Shown here piece after piece: positions 55,762 through 64,000 of a stretch of DNA of 64,000 bases (position 1 is the stretch's first letter; each line of letters begins with the position of its first letter). A model generated the notes under the pieces. The model was not told the origin of the DNA and ran no database searches. It saw only the letters and a list, made by a program, of their open reading frames with translations. Source of the DNA: an uncultured Oscillospiraceae bacterium (GTDB taxonomy: Bacteria > Bacillota > Clostridia > Oscillospirales > Ruminococcaceae); contig CAJTTH010000015.1 in assembly GCA_910579125.1 (NCBI GenBank), positions 777-64,776 of the forward strand, in the 5' to 3' direction. A program made the translations under genes and the position numbers.

Positions 55762-55834
55762 AGGTATCTCCTCCAATTTATATTTTATTTGGTACTGCAA
55801 AACCGAAAGTTTTCTTATGGTTTTGAACTGCCAA

Positions 55835-56599
55835 TTATTTTGATAACTCCCAAAGCAGCACGGACGCAGCCACAGCGGCGTTGAGCGATTCCGCGCCCTT
55901 TATGGGAATGTAGATCTTTTCATCGCATATTTCAACAACATCGGGCGATATCCCCCCGCCCTCGCTGCCGATTACTATTGCGGTCTTTTCGGGGAATTTC
56001 ACCTCGCCGAGCCGTTTTGCGGTATCGTCAAGCATCGCCCCGTACACCGTGAAACCGTTCAGCAGCCCCCGAAGCTCCGCCGCCGCGCAATTTATGAACG
56101 GCAGCCGGAATGCGCTCCCCATTGACGCCCGAAGCGATTTCGGCGACCAGATGTCCGCACAACCCGAAAGCAGCACCGCGCCGTCAATTCCGAAAGCCTC
56201 TGCCGTGCGTATAACCGTGCCGACATTGCCGGGATCCTGAACTCCGTCCAGAACGACAATTCTCCGCGCGTCCTCCGCCAGACCCTCCGCGCGTTTCTCC
56301 GCGATCGCAAACAATCCCTGCGGCGACTTCGTATCGGATATATATTCGGCTAATTCATTGGTTATGCAAATTGATAAATCCGCCGCTTCAATAAGCAGCC
56401 CGAATGTTCGGGGATATTTTGCGGCAGCCTTTTGCGTGTACGCGGCAAGCATCGCTTTCAGCCCTGAGCGGAACAGTTCACCACAGAGATGATCGCCCTC
56501 GACTGCAAAAGCGCCGCGCTCGTCACGCATATTTTTTTCTCTGATTAGACTTCTGATTATCCGAACGTTCTCGTTCTTTCTCGACGATACTATCTCCAT
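55835..56599 (-). CDS. TrmH/SpoU-family RNA 2'-O-methyltransferase
   Basis: 254 aa. SpoU motifs (GVQDPGNVGTVIRTAEAFG, IVIGSEGGGIS). Sits downstream of rplT, as B. subtilis ysgA does. Confidence 0.85.
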   Translation of the reverse strand: MEIVSSRKNENVRIIRSLIREKNMRDERGAFAVEGDHLCGELFRSGLKAMLAAYTQKAAAKYPRTFGLLIEAADLSICITNELAEYISDTKSPQGLFAIAEKRAEGLAEDARRIVVLDGVQDPGNVGTVIRTAEAFGIDGAVLLSGCADIWSPKSLRASMGSAFRLPFINCAAAELRGLLNGFTVYGAMLDDTAKRLGEVKFPEKTAIVIGSEGGGISPDVVEICDEKIYIPIKGAESLNAAVAASVLLWELSK

Positions 56600-56640
56600 A
56601 TTTCCGTTCCTTATCCGTTTTGCTCAACCGCCAATAATAG

Positions 56641-56675
56641 CGAAAATCTCACGCCCTGAAACTCAAGGCGTGAGA
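56641..56675 (-). terminator. Rho-independent terminator after rplT
   Basis: Minus-sense TCTCACGCC-ttgagtttcag-GGCGTGAGA followed by TTTTCG. Confidence 0.65.
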
Positions 56676-56684
56676 AACAAATCA

Positions 56685-57038
56685 TTACAGCGCCGCCTTA
56701 GCCTTTTCGGTAAGAGCGGTAAAGCCTGCCGCGTCATTGATAGCGATCTCGGAAAGCATCTTTCTGTTAAGCGTAACATTCGCTTTCTTCAAACCGTTCA
56801 TAAACGTGGAATAATTCATACCGTTTGCCTTGCAGGCAGCGGAAATTCTTGTAATCCAAAGACGTCTGAAATCTCTCTTCTTGAGCTTTCTGCCAACGTA
56901 TGCGTACTGACCGGACTTCATTACCGCTTCCTTAGCGGTCTTGAACAGTCTGCTCTTGCCGCCCCAATAGCCCTTTGCGAGCTTTAAGGTTTTATTTCTT
57001 CTCTTGCGTGTAGCAAGCGCGCCCTTAATTCTTGCCAT
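56685..57038 (-). CDS. rplT: 50S ribosomal protein L20
   Basis: 117 aa, basic; third gene of infC-rpmI-rplT. Confidence 0.95.
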   Translation of the reverse strand: MARIKGALATRKRRNKTLKLAKGYWGGKSRLFKTAKEAVMKSGQYAYVGRKLKKRDFRRLWITRISAACKANGMNYSTFMNGLKKANVTLNRKMLSEIAINDAAGFTALTEKAKAAL

Positions 57039-57073
57039 TTCAGTTTCCTCCTATATCTTCTTAGCGTTCTCCA

Positions 57074-57271
57074 TTATTTGTACGGAATAAGGCTCTTTAC
57101 CTGAGCGATATTTGTATCGTCCGCGTATGCACCCATACGGAGACCTCTTTTACGCTTGGTGGACTTCTTGGTAAGTATGTGACGCTTGTTGCAGTGCTGC
57201 ATCTTTACCTTGCCGGTTCCTGTCAGCTTAAAGCGCTTTTTCGCGCCGCTGTGTGTTTTGATCTTAGGCAT
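57074..57271 (-). CDS. rpmI: 50S ribosomal protein L35
   Basis: 65 aa starting [15 protein letters not shown]. Confidence 0.95.
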   Translation of the reverse strand: MPKIKTHSGAKKRFKLTGTGKVKMQHCNKRHILTKKSTKRKRGLRMGAYADDTNIAQVKSLIPYK

Positions 57272-57319
57272 TTCAAATTCCTCCTTAATACTCTTAAAGT
57301 GCGCCTATAACGCTTAAAA

Positions 57320-57835
57320 TTACTTCTTCGGACTTAAAACTACCGCGTAATTCCTGCCCTCGAGCTTTGAGGGCTTATCCGAGCTGCCGTACTCCGAAAC
57401 GGCGTCCATGAACTTTTTCATCAATTCCTCGCCGAGATTGACGTGCGTCAGCTCGCGCATACGGCGGAAACGCACCGTAACCTTTACCTTATCACCGTTC
57501 TGCAAGAACTTTATGGCGTTCTTCACCTTGATGTTGAAGTCGTTGGTGTCGATGTTAAGGGACATCTTGATCTCCTTAACGTCTGCGGTTTTCTGGTTTT
57601 TCTTGGCTTCCTTTTCCCGTTTTGTCTGCTCGAAACGGTATTTTCCGTAGTCCATGATACGGCATACCGGAGGTTTTGCGGTCGGAGAGATCATTACGAG
57701 ATCGAGATCTGCGTCAAACGCCTTTTGCAAAGCATCCGCCGAGGACATAATGCCCAACTGCTCGCCGTCCGTACCGATGACTCGAATTTCCTTTTCGCGA
57801 ATATCCTCATTGATGAGCTGTTCTTTCGTGCCGAT
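57320..57835 (-). CDS. infC: Translation initiation factor IF-3 (non-AUG start)
   Basis: The track ORF begins at an internal TTG. The frame stays open upstream through ...KEQLINEDIREKEIRVIGTDGEQL, the conserved IF3 N-terminus. There is no in-frame ATG/GTG/TTG upstream. Candidate starts are ATC at 57835 or ATT at 57859. Confidence 0.85.
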   Translation of the reverse strand: MGTKEQLINEDIREKEIRVIGTDGEQLGIMSSADALQKAFDADLDLVMISPTAKPPVCRIMDYGKYRFEQTKREKEAKKNQKTADVKEIKMSLNIDTNDFNIKVKNAIKFLQNGDKVKVTVRFRRMRELTHVNLGEELMKKFMDAVSEYGSSDKPSKLEGRNYAVVLSPKK

Positions 57836-57859
57836 TTTGAAGCACCGCCTTTCCGTAAT

Positions 57860-58045
57860 TACCTTTTATCTGAAAGAAATAAATTAAGCGTGAGCACACA
57901 ACTCACGCTTAACATAAAAAACCTGTACGGTATATTCACATTAAACAACCGCGCCTGACTGTAACAATGCGCCGTTCACCGCACAAGCGGTCTCAAAACA
58001 ACGCACCCCGTCGGCGGGTGAGAGTGTGGTGGCTCTGCTTTACCA
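57860..58045 (-). promoter_or_regulatory. L20-leader-like 5' UTR with a terminator/attenuator hairpin (57884-57912)
   Basis: A leader of about 185 nt between the consensus promoter and infC. It ends in TTAAGCGTGAG-ttgtgtg-CTCACGCTTAA followed by TTTATTTCTTT, just before the infC start region. Confidence 0.6.
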
Positions 58046-58048
58046 TAA

Positions 58049-58077
58049 TATTATACACCATTCATTTTCATTTGTCA
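58049..58077 (-). promoter_or_regulatory. Consensus sigma-A promoter of the infC-rpmI-rplT operon
   Basis: Minus-sense TTGACA (58077-58072), 17 nt, TATAAT (58054-58049). Confidence 0.55.
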
Positions 58078-58104
58078 AGGGGTTTTCCGAAAAAAATAAA
58101 AATT

Positions 58105-59457
<1,353 letters not shown>

Positions 59458-59465
59458 TTACGGGC

Positions 59466-59494
59466 TTGACATTTGAGATATTTTGTTATACAAT
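59466..59494 (+). promoter_or_regulatory. Plus-strand sigma-A-type promoter in the eno / GNAT intergenic region
   Basis: TTGACA (59466-59471), 17 nt, TACAAT (59489-59494). Confidence 0.45.
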
Positions 59495-59526
59495 ATAATT
59501 AGCATGAGACATTTTACAACGGAGAA

Positions 59527-59700
59527 ATGCAATCGGGCTGCATAACGGGCGACGGTAGAAGCAACGTACTGTGGATCGAAAAAGGCACAAAAAAAGATTT
59601 TTTGGATAAACCGATAGGCAGAGATTTAATAACAGCCACCAAATGTACATTGTCAAGCTTCACGATTGAAGCGGATTATTGCCCAAATGCAAAAAAATGA
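59527..59700 (+). CDS. Possible small ORF (57 aa) of unknown function
   Basis: Hand translation gives MQSGCITGDGRSNVLWIEKGTKKDFLDKPIGRDLITATKCTLSSFTIEADYCPNAKK*. It starts about 27 nt after the predicted TSS. The GGAGA SD is only 2 nt from the ATG, which is poor spacing. Confidence 0.2.
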   Translation: MQSGCITGDGRSNVLWIEKGTKKDFLDKPIGRDLITATKCTLSSFTIEADYCPNAKK

Positions 59701-59738
59701 TTTTCGATACAGACATTGTAAATCATTAGATCCTATAA

Positions 59739-59830
59739 GAGTCCGTTTAGTATCCCTCAACACGCCGCCTGCACCCGCGTTTTGCCGTGTAGCGGCATAA
59801 TGCGTGCATTTCGAGATACTAAACAGGCTC
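59739..59830. repeat. 92-nt inverted-repeat element (16-nt arms around 60 nt)
   Basis: GAGTCCGTTTAGTATC ... GATACTAAACAGGCTC, with one G-U and one mismatch. The interior has further nested pairings (TGCAC/GTGCA, CCGC/GCGG). Confidence 0.6.
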
Positions 59831-59879
59831 TAAGAATATTTTCATTACATACACGATTTTTTTTTAAGGATGTGCAGTT

Positions 59880-60443
59880 ATGGTTATAGAAACAGAAAGA
59901 TTGATTTTGCGTCCGTTTCAAATAAGCGACGCAGCAGACACGTTTGAATATCTGCAAGAGCCGGCGGTGAATTGCTTTGCCTGTATGAAGTTGAACTCCG
60001 TCGAAGAAGCCGAAGCGGAAATGGAAAAGCGCGTCGGAGAAACAGAATACTATTTTGCTATTGTGGAAAAGGCAACAGGCAAAGTTATCGGTGAAATTGA
60101 CGCATATCCCGAAACCGCCGAGCCGCACGAGGACGAAAACACTTCACCGCGCGATACTTTCAGCCCATGCTGGATGTTGAATAAAGCATATCAGGGCAAA
60201 GGCTATGCTTATGAAGCGGCGTATGCTTTCTTTGACTATCTGTTCAGGGAAAAAGGCGCAAGGCGGATCTACGCGTACACCGAGGATTACAACACCCCAA
60301 GTCAGCACCTTTGCGAAAAACTCGGTATGCGCAGAGAGGGATTGTTTGTCGAATTCGTTTCTTTTGTCAACAATCCCGACGAAACGCCGCGCTACGAAAA
60401 CACATATCAGTATGCTATATTGAAAAAAGAGTGGAAATTTTAA
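59880..60443 (+). CDS. GNAT acetyltransferase (RimJ/RimL-like), opposite-strand and AT-richer
   Basis: 187 aa with the N-terminal ETERLILRPF signature. AAGGA SD. Confidence 0.8.
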   Translation: MVIETERLILRPFQISDAADTFEYLQEPAVNCFACMKLNSVEEAEAEMEKRVGETEYYFAIVEKATGKVIGEIDAYPETAEPHEDENTSPRDTFSPCWMLNKAYQGKGYAYEAAYAFFDYLFREKGARRIYAYTEDYNTPSQHLCEKLGMRREGLFVEFVSFVNNPDETPRYENTYQYAILKKEWKF

Positions 60444-60468
60444 AATCCGCTTTGACCCGATAACATAA

Positions 60469-60503
60469 ACCGCGCGAGCCGAACAGCCCGCGCGGTATTT
60501 TTT
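60469..60503. terminator. Terminator hairpin between the convergent GNAT and pheT genes
   Basis: ACCGCGCG-agccgaacagcc-CGCGCGGT followed by ATTTTTT on the plus strand. Confidence 0.65.
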
Positions 60504-62907
60504 ATCTTCTCGCCGCTCCCAGCTTTTCGCCGAGCGCCGCAATGATATTTTCCATTTCCTTGTCGGCAGTCTTGTCGGTAACGTCGTCACTGCCCGCGAA
60601 CGTTATCGCGAACGTGAGCGACTTCTTGCCGAAGCCGAGTTTTTCGCTCTCGAAATGGTCGAACAGACGAACCTCTTTTGCAAGCTCGCTCGCCATTGCA
60701 ATCTCGTCCTCGATCTCCACACAGAGCGTATTCCTGTCGCAGACTAGCGACAGATCGCGCTTTACCGTTGTCTTTCCGTTGTCCGGCGTGAAACGTATCT
60801 CGCGCTTGTACAACTCCTCGACAGCCGAGTAATTCAGCTCCGCGAGAATAATGTTGAGGTCGTTTTTCTTGCCCTCGGCGACATTCAGCCCCTCGACTAT
60901 CTCATAGCGCAGCTTGCCGAGAGTGCCTATTTTCACACCATTGCAGAAGATATCCGTGCAGATACCGGGGTGCAGCCAAGCCTCGCTGCCGCGCTCAAAG
61001 CGGAACCTCAAGCCGTTCGCCGCCGCGAAGCTTTCCAGTGTTTCCTTAACGGTGAAGAAGCTCTCGTCCGCACCGTAAGCGCCTATGCAGAGCGTTTTTC
61101 GCTCCTCGGGCTGCTCGGTGAGCGGCAGCGACTTCGGCAAATAAACGTTCGCAAGCTCGAAGAAACGCCCCGCTGCGTGGTCGGTCTTAACATTGTCCGC
61201 GATAACGTTTATCATGCACGGCGACATGACCGTGCGCATTATCGAGAGATTGTCGGTTATCGGGTTCAGCAGCTCGATAACGGTGCGCCTTTGGTCGTTC
61301 TCAGGGAGCATTATCATATCCAGCTCGCGTTTTGAGTACATTGCGAGCGTCTGCACCTCGTAATAGCCCTCGCCGCAGAGGAATTTCTTCGCGGCAAGCT
61401 CCTTGCTCTGGAGGAACGAAAGCCCGCCGTTCGTTACTTTTGCGCTGTCGAGGAACGTCGGCACGACGTGTGAATAGCCGTACTCGCGGATAACCTCTTC
61501 GGCGATGTCCTGATAATGCTCAACATCGGTTCTCCAGCGCGGCACGGTAACGGTAAGCGTTTCGCCGTTCTCCGCAACGCCGAATTGCAGCGATTTCAGT
61601 ATGCGGACTATCTCGGCTTGGGGAACTTCAATTCCGAGCACGGAATTTATCTTGCTCACGGTAACGTCGAACACGCTGTTTCCCTTGTCCTCGCCCGCGT
61701 TCACATCGATATGCGTTGCGCCTATATCCGCAATACCGAGCTTCTGCACGAGATGGAGCGCCCTCGCCATTCCGCGCTCCACGCCGTACTCGTCGACGCC
61801 CTTTTCGTAACGCGCGGCAGCATCGGTATGCATACCGAGTGCACGCGCGGTCTTGCGGACGTTGTCGCGGCGGAATTTCGCGCACTCAAACAGCACCTCG
61901 GAGGTGGTCGGCTTTATCTCGGAGTTGAGACCGCCCATTACTCCCGCCAGACCTACTGCCTTTGCCTTGTCGCAAATCAGCAGATTGTCGGATGTGAGCA
62001 CACGTTCTTTCTCGTCGAGCGTGGTGAGCTTCTCGCCGTCCTTTGCGCGGCGCACGATTATCGACCTGCCGTCGAGCGTGTCCATATCGAACGCGTGCAT
62101 GGGCTGCCCTATCTCCAGCAGCACGTAGTTAGTAACGTCAACTATCGCGTCTATCGATGAAAAACCACACACGGAAAGTCTGCGCTTCATCAGCTGCGGG
62201 CTCTCGAAATGCCGCACATTATAGATATAGTGACCGAGATAGCGCGGACAAAGGTCGGGCGCTTCAACGGTTATCGTCGTCTCTGAAGCGGTCTTGTCGG
62301 TGCATTCGTAGCTGTAATCAGGCTCTTTAAGCGGTCTGCCGAGGAACGCCGCGACCTCGCGCGCAATTCCCAGAACGCTCTGGCAGTCGGGGCGGTTCGC
62401 GGTTATCGAAATATCGAAAACATAATCGTCCAGACCGAGCGTCGTTTTGATGTCCTCGCCGACCTTTGCGTCCTCGGGGAGTATCAGTATACCGTGAACG
62501 TCCGCGCCCTTTATCCGGTTTTCATCAACGCCGAGCTCTCCGCCCGAGCACAGCATACCGTAGCTCATCATATCCGCCATTTTTCGCGGCGCAATCTCGA
62601 TACCGCCCGGCAGCTTCGCGCCGACTACGGCGGCGGGCACCTTCGCGCCCTTGAACACATTGTCCGCGCCCGTTAAGATAACGTTGTCCGCGCCGTATTC
62701 TCCGCAGTTGACATGACAAATGTACAAATGAGTTCCCTCGTACTTCTCAATAGAAATGACCTCGCCGACGACTACCTTTTCAATGTCCTTGCCCAGATAA
62801 ACAGTCTCCTCGACCTCGAAACCGCTACCGAACAGCTTGTCAACAAGCTCGGAGGGCTGCTCCGTTATATCCACATAATCCTTTAACCAACTGAATAAAA
62901 TCTTCAT
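60502..62907 (-). CDS. pheT: Phenylalanine--tRNA ligase beta subunit
   Basis: 801 aa. tRNA-binding N-domain, B3/4, B5 and FDX-ACB domain order. Lies 12 nt downstream of pheS. Confidence 0.95.
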   Translation of the reverse strand: MKILFSWLKDYVDITEQPSELVDKLFGSGFEVEETVYLGKDIEKVVVGEVISIEKYEGTHLYICHVNCGEYGADNVILTGADNVFKGAKVPAAVVGAKLPGGIEIAPRKMADMMSYGMLCSGGELGVDENRIKGADVHGILILPEDAKVGEDIKTTLGLDDYVFDISITANRPDCQSVLGIAREVAAFLGRPLKEPDYSYECTDKTASETTITVEAPDLCPRYLGHYIYNVRHFESPQLMKRRLSVCGFSSIDAIVDVTNYVLLEIGQPMHAFDMDTLDGRSIIVRRAKDGEKLTTLDEKERVLTSDNLLICDKAKAVGLAGVMGGLNSEIKPTTSEVLFECAKFRRDNVRKTARALGMHTDAAARYEKGVDEYGVERGMARALHLVQKLGIADIGATHIDVNAGEDKGNSVFDVTVSKINSVLGIEVPQAEIVRILKSLQFGVAENGETLTVTVPRWRTDVEHYQDIAEEVIREYGYSHVVPTFLDSAKVTNGGLSFLQSKELAAKKFLCGEGYYEVQTLAMYSKRELDMIMLPENDQRRTVIELLNPITDNLSIMRTVMSPCMINVIADNVKTDHAAGRFFELANVYLPKSLPLTEQPEERKTLCIGAYGADESFFTVKETLESFAAANGLRFRFERGSEAWLHPGICTDIFCNGVKIGTLGKLRYEIVEGLNVAEGKKNDLNIILAELNYSAVEELYKREIRFTPDNGKTTVKRDLSLVCDRNTLCVEIEDEIAMASELAKEVRLFDHFESEKLGFGKKSLTFAITFAGSDDVTDKTADKEMENIIAALGEKLGAARR

Positions 62908-62919
62908 TTTCGCTCCCCC

Positions 62920-63942
62920 TTACGCCTTAAACTGCCGCAGCATATCGAGATTATTCTCAAAGAAAAGCCCCATGTTGGAAATACCGTATTTCAGCATGGT
63001 AATGCGCTCCACGCCTATTCCGAACGCCAACCCCGAATACACCTCGGGGTCGATATTGCAGTTTTCGAGAACCTTTTTGTTGACGACGCCGCCGCCGAGA
63101 ACCTCTATCCAGCCTGTTCCCTTGCAGAGCGGACAACCCTTGCCGCCGCATTCAAAGCAGCTCACGTCGACCTCGACCGACGGCTCTGTGAACGGGAAGT
63201 AAGACGGGCGCAAACGCGTTTTCGTGCCGCTGCCAAACATCTGCTGCACGAACTTGTCGAGCATTCCCTGCAAATCGCACAACGTAATACCCTTATCCAC
63301 GACCAGACCCTCCATCTGCATAAACATCGGAGAATGCGTTGCGTCGCTGTCCGAGCGGAAAACCTTGCCCGGAACAAGCACCTTTATCGGCGGTCTTTCC
63401 GCGTCCATAGTGCGGATCTGTCCGGGGGAGGTATGCGTTCTCAAAAGCAGATCCTCGGTGAGCCAGAACGTGTCCTGCATATCGCGCGAGGGGTGATCCT
63501 TAAGCACGTTCAGCCGCGTGAAGTTATGGTCGTCATCCTCTATCTCGGGGTATTCGGCGATCTCGAACCCCATTCCCGCGAACACCTCGATCATCTCCTG
63601 CTTGATGAGCGTTATCGGGTGCAGATTGCCCGGAGCGCGTTTCAGCGCCGGCATGGTAACGTCCACGGTCTCACGCTCATAGCGGCGTTCAAGCTCGCGC
63701 GCCTTTATTTCCGCCTGCTTCGTCTGATACATCTCCTGCGCCCACACACGCACGTCATTCACCGCCTTGCCGAACAGCGGCTTTTCCTCGGGCGGCACGG
63801 TTTTCATCTCTTTCATCAGCCCCGAAATTACGCCCGTTTTGCCGAGATAATTCTGCCAGAACTCCGAGAGCTGCGCGCCGTCCTTGACCTCGGCGATCCT
63901 CGATTTTACTTGCTCTTTGATCTCACTGAAATCTTTCATCAT
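62920..63942 (-). CDS. pheS: Phenylalanine--tRNA ligase alpha subunit
   Basis: 340 aa. Class II motifs (FRSDSDATHSPMFMQMEG, YFPFTEPS, GLAFGIGVERI). Confidence 0.95.
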   Translation of the reverse strand: MMKDFSEIKEQVKSRIAEVKDGAQLSEFWQNYLGKTGVISGLMKEMKTVPPEEKPLFGKAVNDVRVWAQEMYQTKQAEIKARELERRYERETVDVTMPALKRAPGNLHPITLIKQEMIEVFAGMGFEIAEYPEIEDDDHNFTRLNVLKDHPSRDMQDTFWLTEDLLLRTHTSPGQIRTMDAERPPIKVLVPGKVFRSDSDATHSPMFMQMEGLVVDKGITLCDLQGMLDKFVQQMFGSGTKTRLRPSYFPFTEPSVEVDVSCFECGGKGCPLCKGTGWIEVLGGGVVNKKVLENCNIDPEVYSGLAFGIGVERITMLKYGISNMGLFFENNLDMLRQFKA

Positions 63943-64000
63943 ATCCTCCTGATTTAAAAGGCAAAAGCTCGCACCGGGCGGCTTTCGCCGCCCCAGCCGA
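63943..64000 (-). repeat. Leader module copy B directly upstream of pheS (cut by the window edge)
   Basis: Minus-sense TCGGCTGGGGCGGCgaaaGCCGCCCGGTGCGAGCTTTTGCCTTTTAAATCAGGAGGATATG-ATG. A paralogue of 52152-52210. Confidence 0.75.

Noticed and set aside
59739-59830. The 92-nt inverted repeat as an integron attC site.
   Set aside because: The arms contain GTTTAGT and ACTAAAC, which are one mismatch each from GTTRRRY and RYYYAAC. They occur in the wrong order (R'-like first), and there is no intI or cassette array nearby.
63943-64000. The pheS upstream hairpin as the terminator arm of a Phe T-box riboswitch.
   Set aside because: The visible 58 nt lack the conserved T-box sequence (GGUGGUACCGCG), and the same module precedes plsX. 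The rest of the leader is outside the window, so a T-box further upstream cannot be excluded.

Overview
The window looks like a high-GC Firmicutes (Clostridia-type) chromosomal core segment. This is my judgement from protein motifs, gene order and TTGACA-N17-TATAAT promoters; I could not run any searches. It holds about 60 protein genes, and all but two are on the minus strand. They are tightly packed and often overlap at stop/start codons.

Gene content in transcription order, from high to low coordinates:
- pheS-pheT, eno, and infC-rpmI-rplT behind an L20-leader-like attenuator.
- A TrmH-family methyltransferase, topA, trmFO, plsX, rnc, a radical-SAM protein, smc and ftsY.
- rdgB, yhbY, nadD, yqeK, rsfS, rpsU, yqeG, an Nfo-like TIM-barrel protein, aroQ, an M24 peptidase and efp.
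- hisC, a MetY-type sulfhydrylase, several GNATs, an ABC-F ATPase and a KapD-like exonuclease.
- rpsB-tsf, a stand-alone tRNA-Arg(CCG), radC, uvrB, uvrA, mscL and hisS.
- An extended addB-addA operon, then a hemerythrin / epimerase / GH36 alpha-galactosidase operon that converges on a plus-strand GH3 glycosidase.

I see no CRISPR array, rRNA, intact transposase, integrase, prophage or recognisable defence operon.

The observations most worth a second look:
1. A near-duplicate leader module of about 58 nt (hairpin, U-run and SD) sits directly upstream of both plsX and pheS, with a compensatory stem substitution.
2. A 25-nt palindromic element occurs twice at 24/25 identity in opposite orientations. 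One copy sits on the predicted transcription start of the hemerythrin / alpha-galactosidase operon.
3. The ABC-F protein has one composite ATP site that is degenerate in all three contributing motifs.
4. The addBA operon carries two translationally coupled extra genes: a CoiA-like PD-(D/E)XK protein upstream and a membrane-anchored secreted protein downstream.
5. Several AT-rich gene remnants are present: an orphan hsdS fragment, a frameshifted remnant between uvrB and uvrA, and a 5'-truncated sortase-substrate tail.
6. There is a structured, AT-rich, opposite-strand islet between eno and pheT.

All homology calls come from remembered family motifs and gene order, not from database searches.
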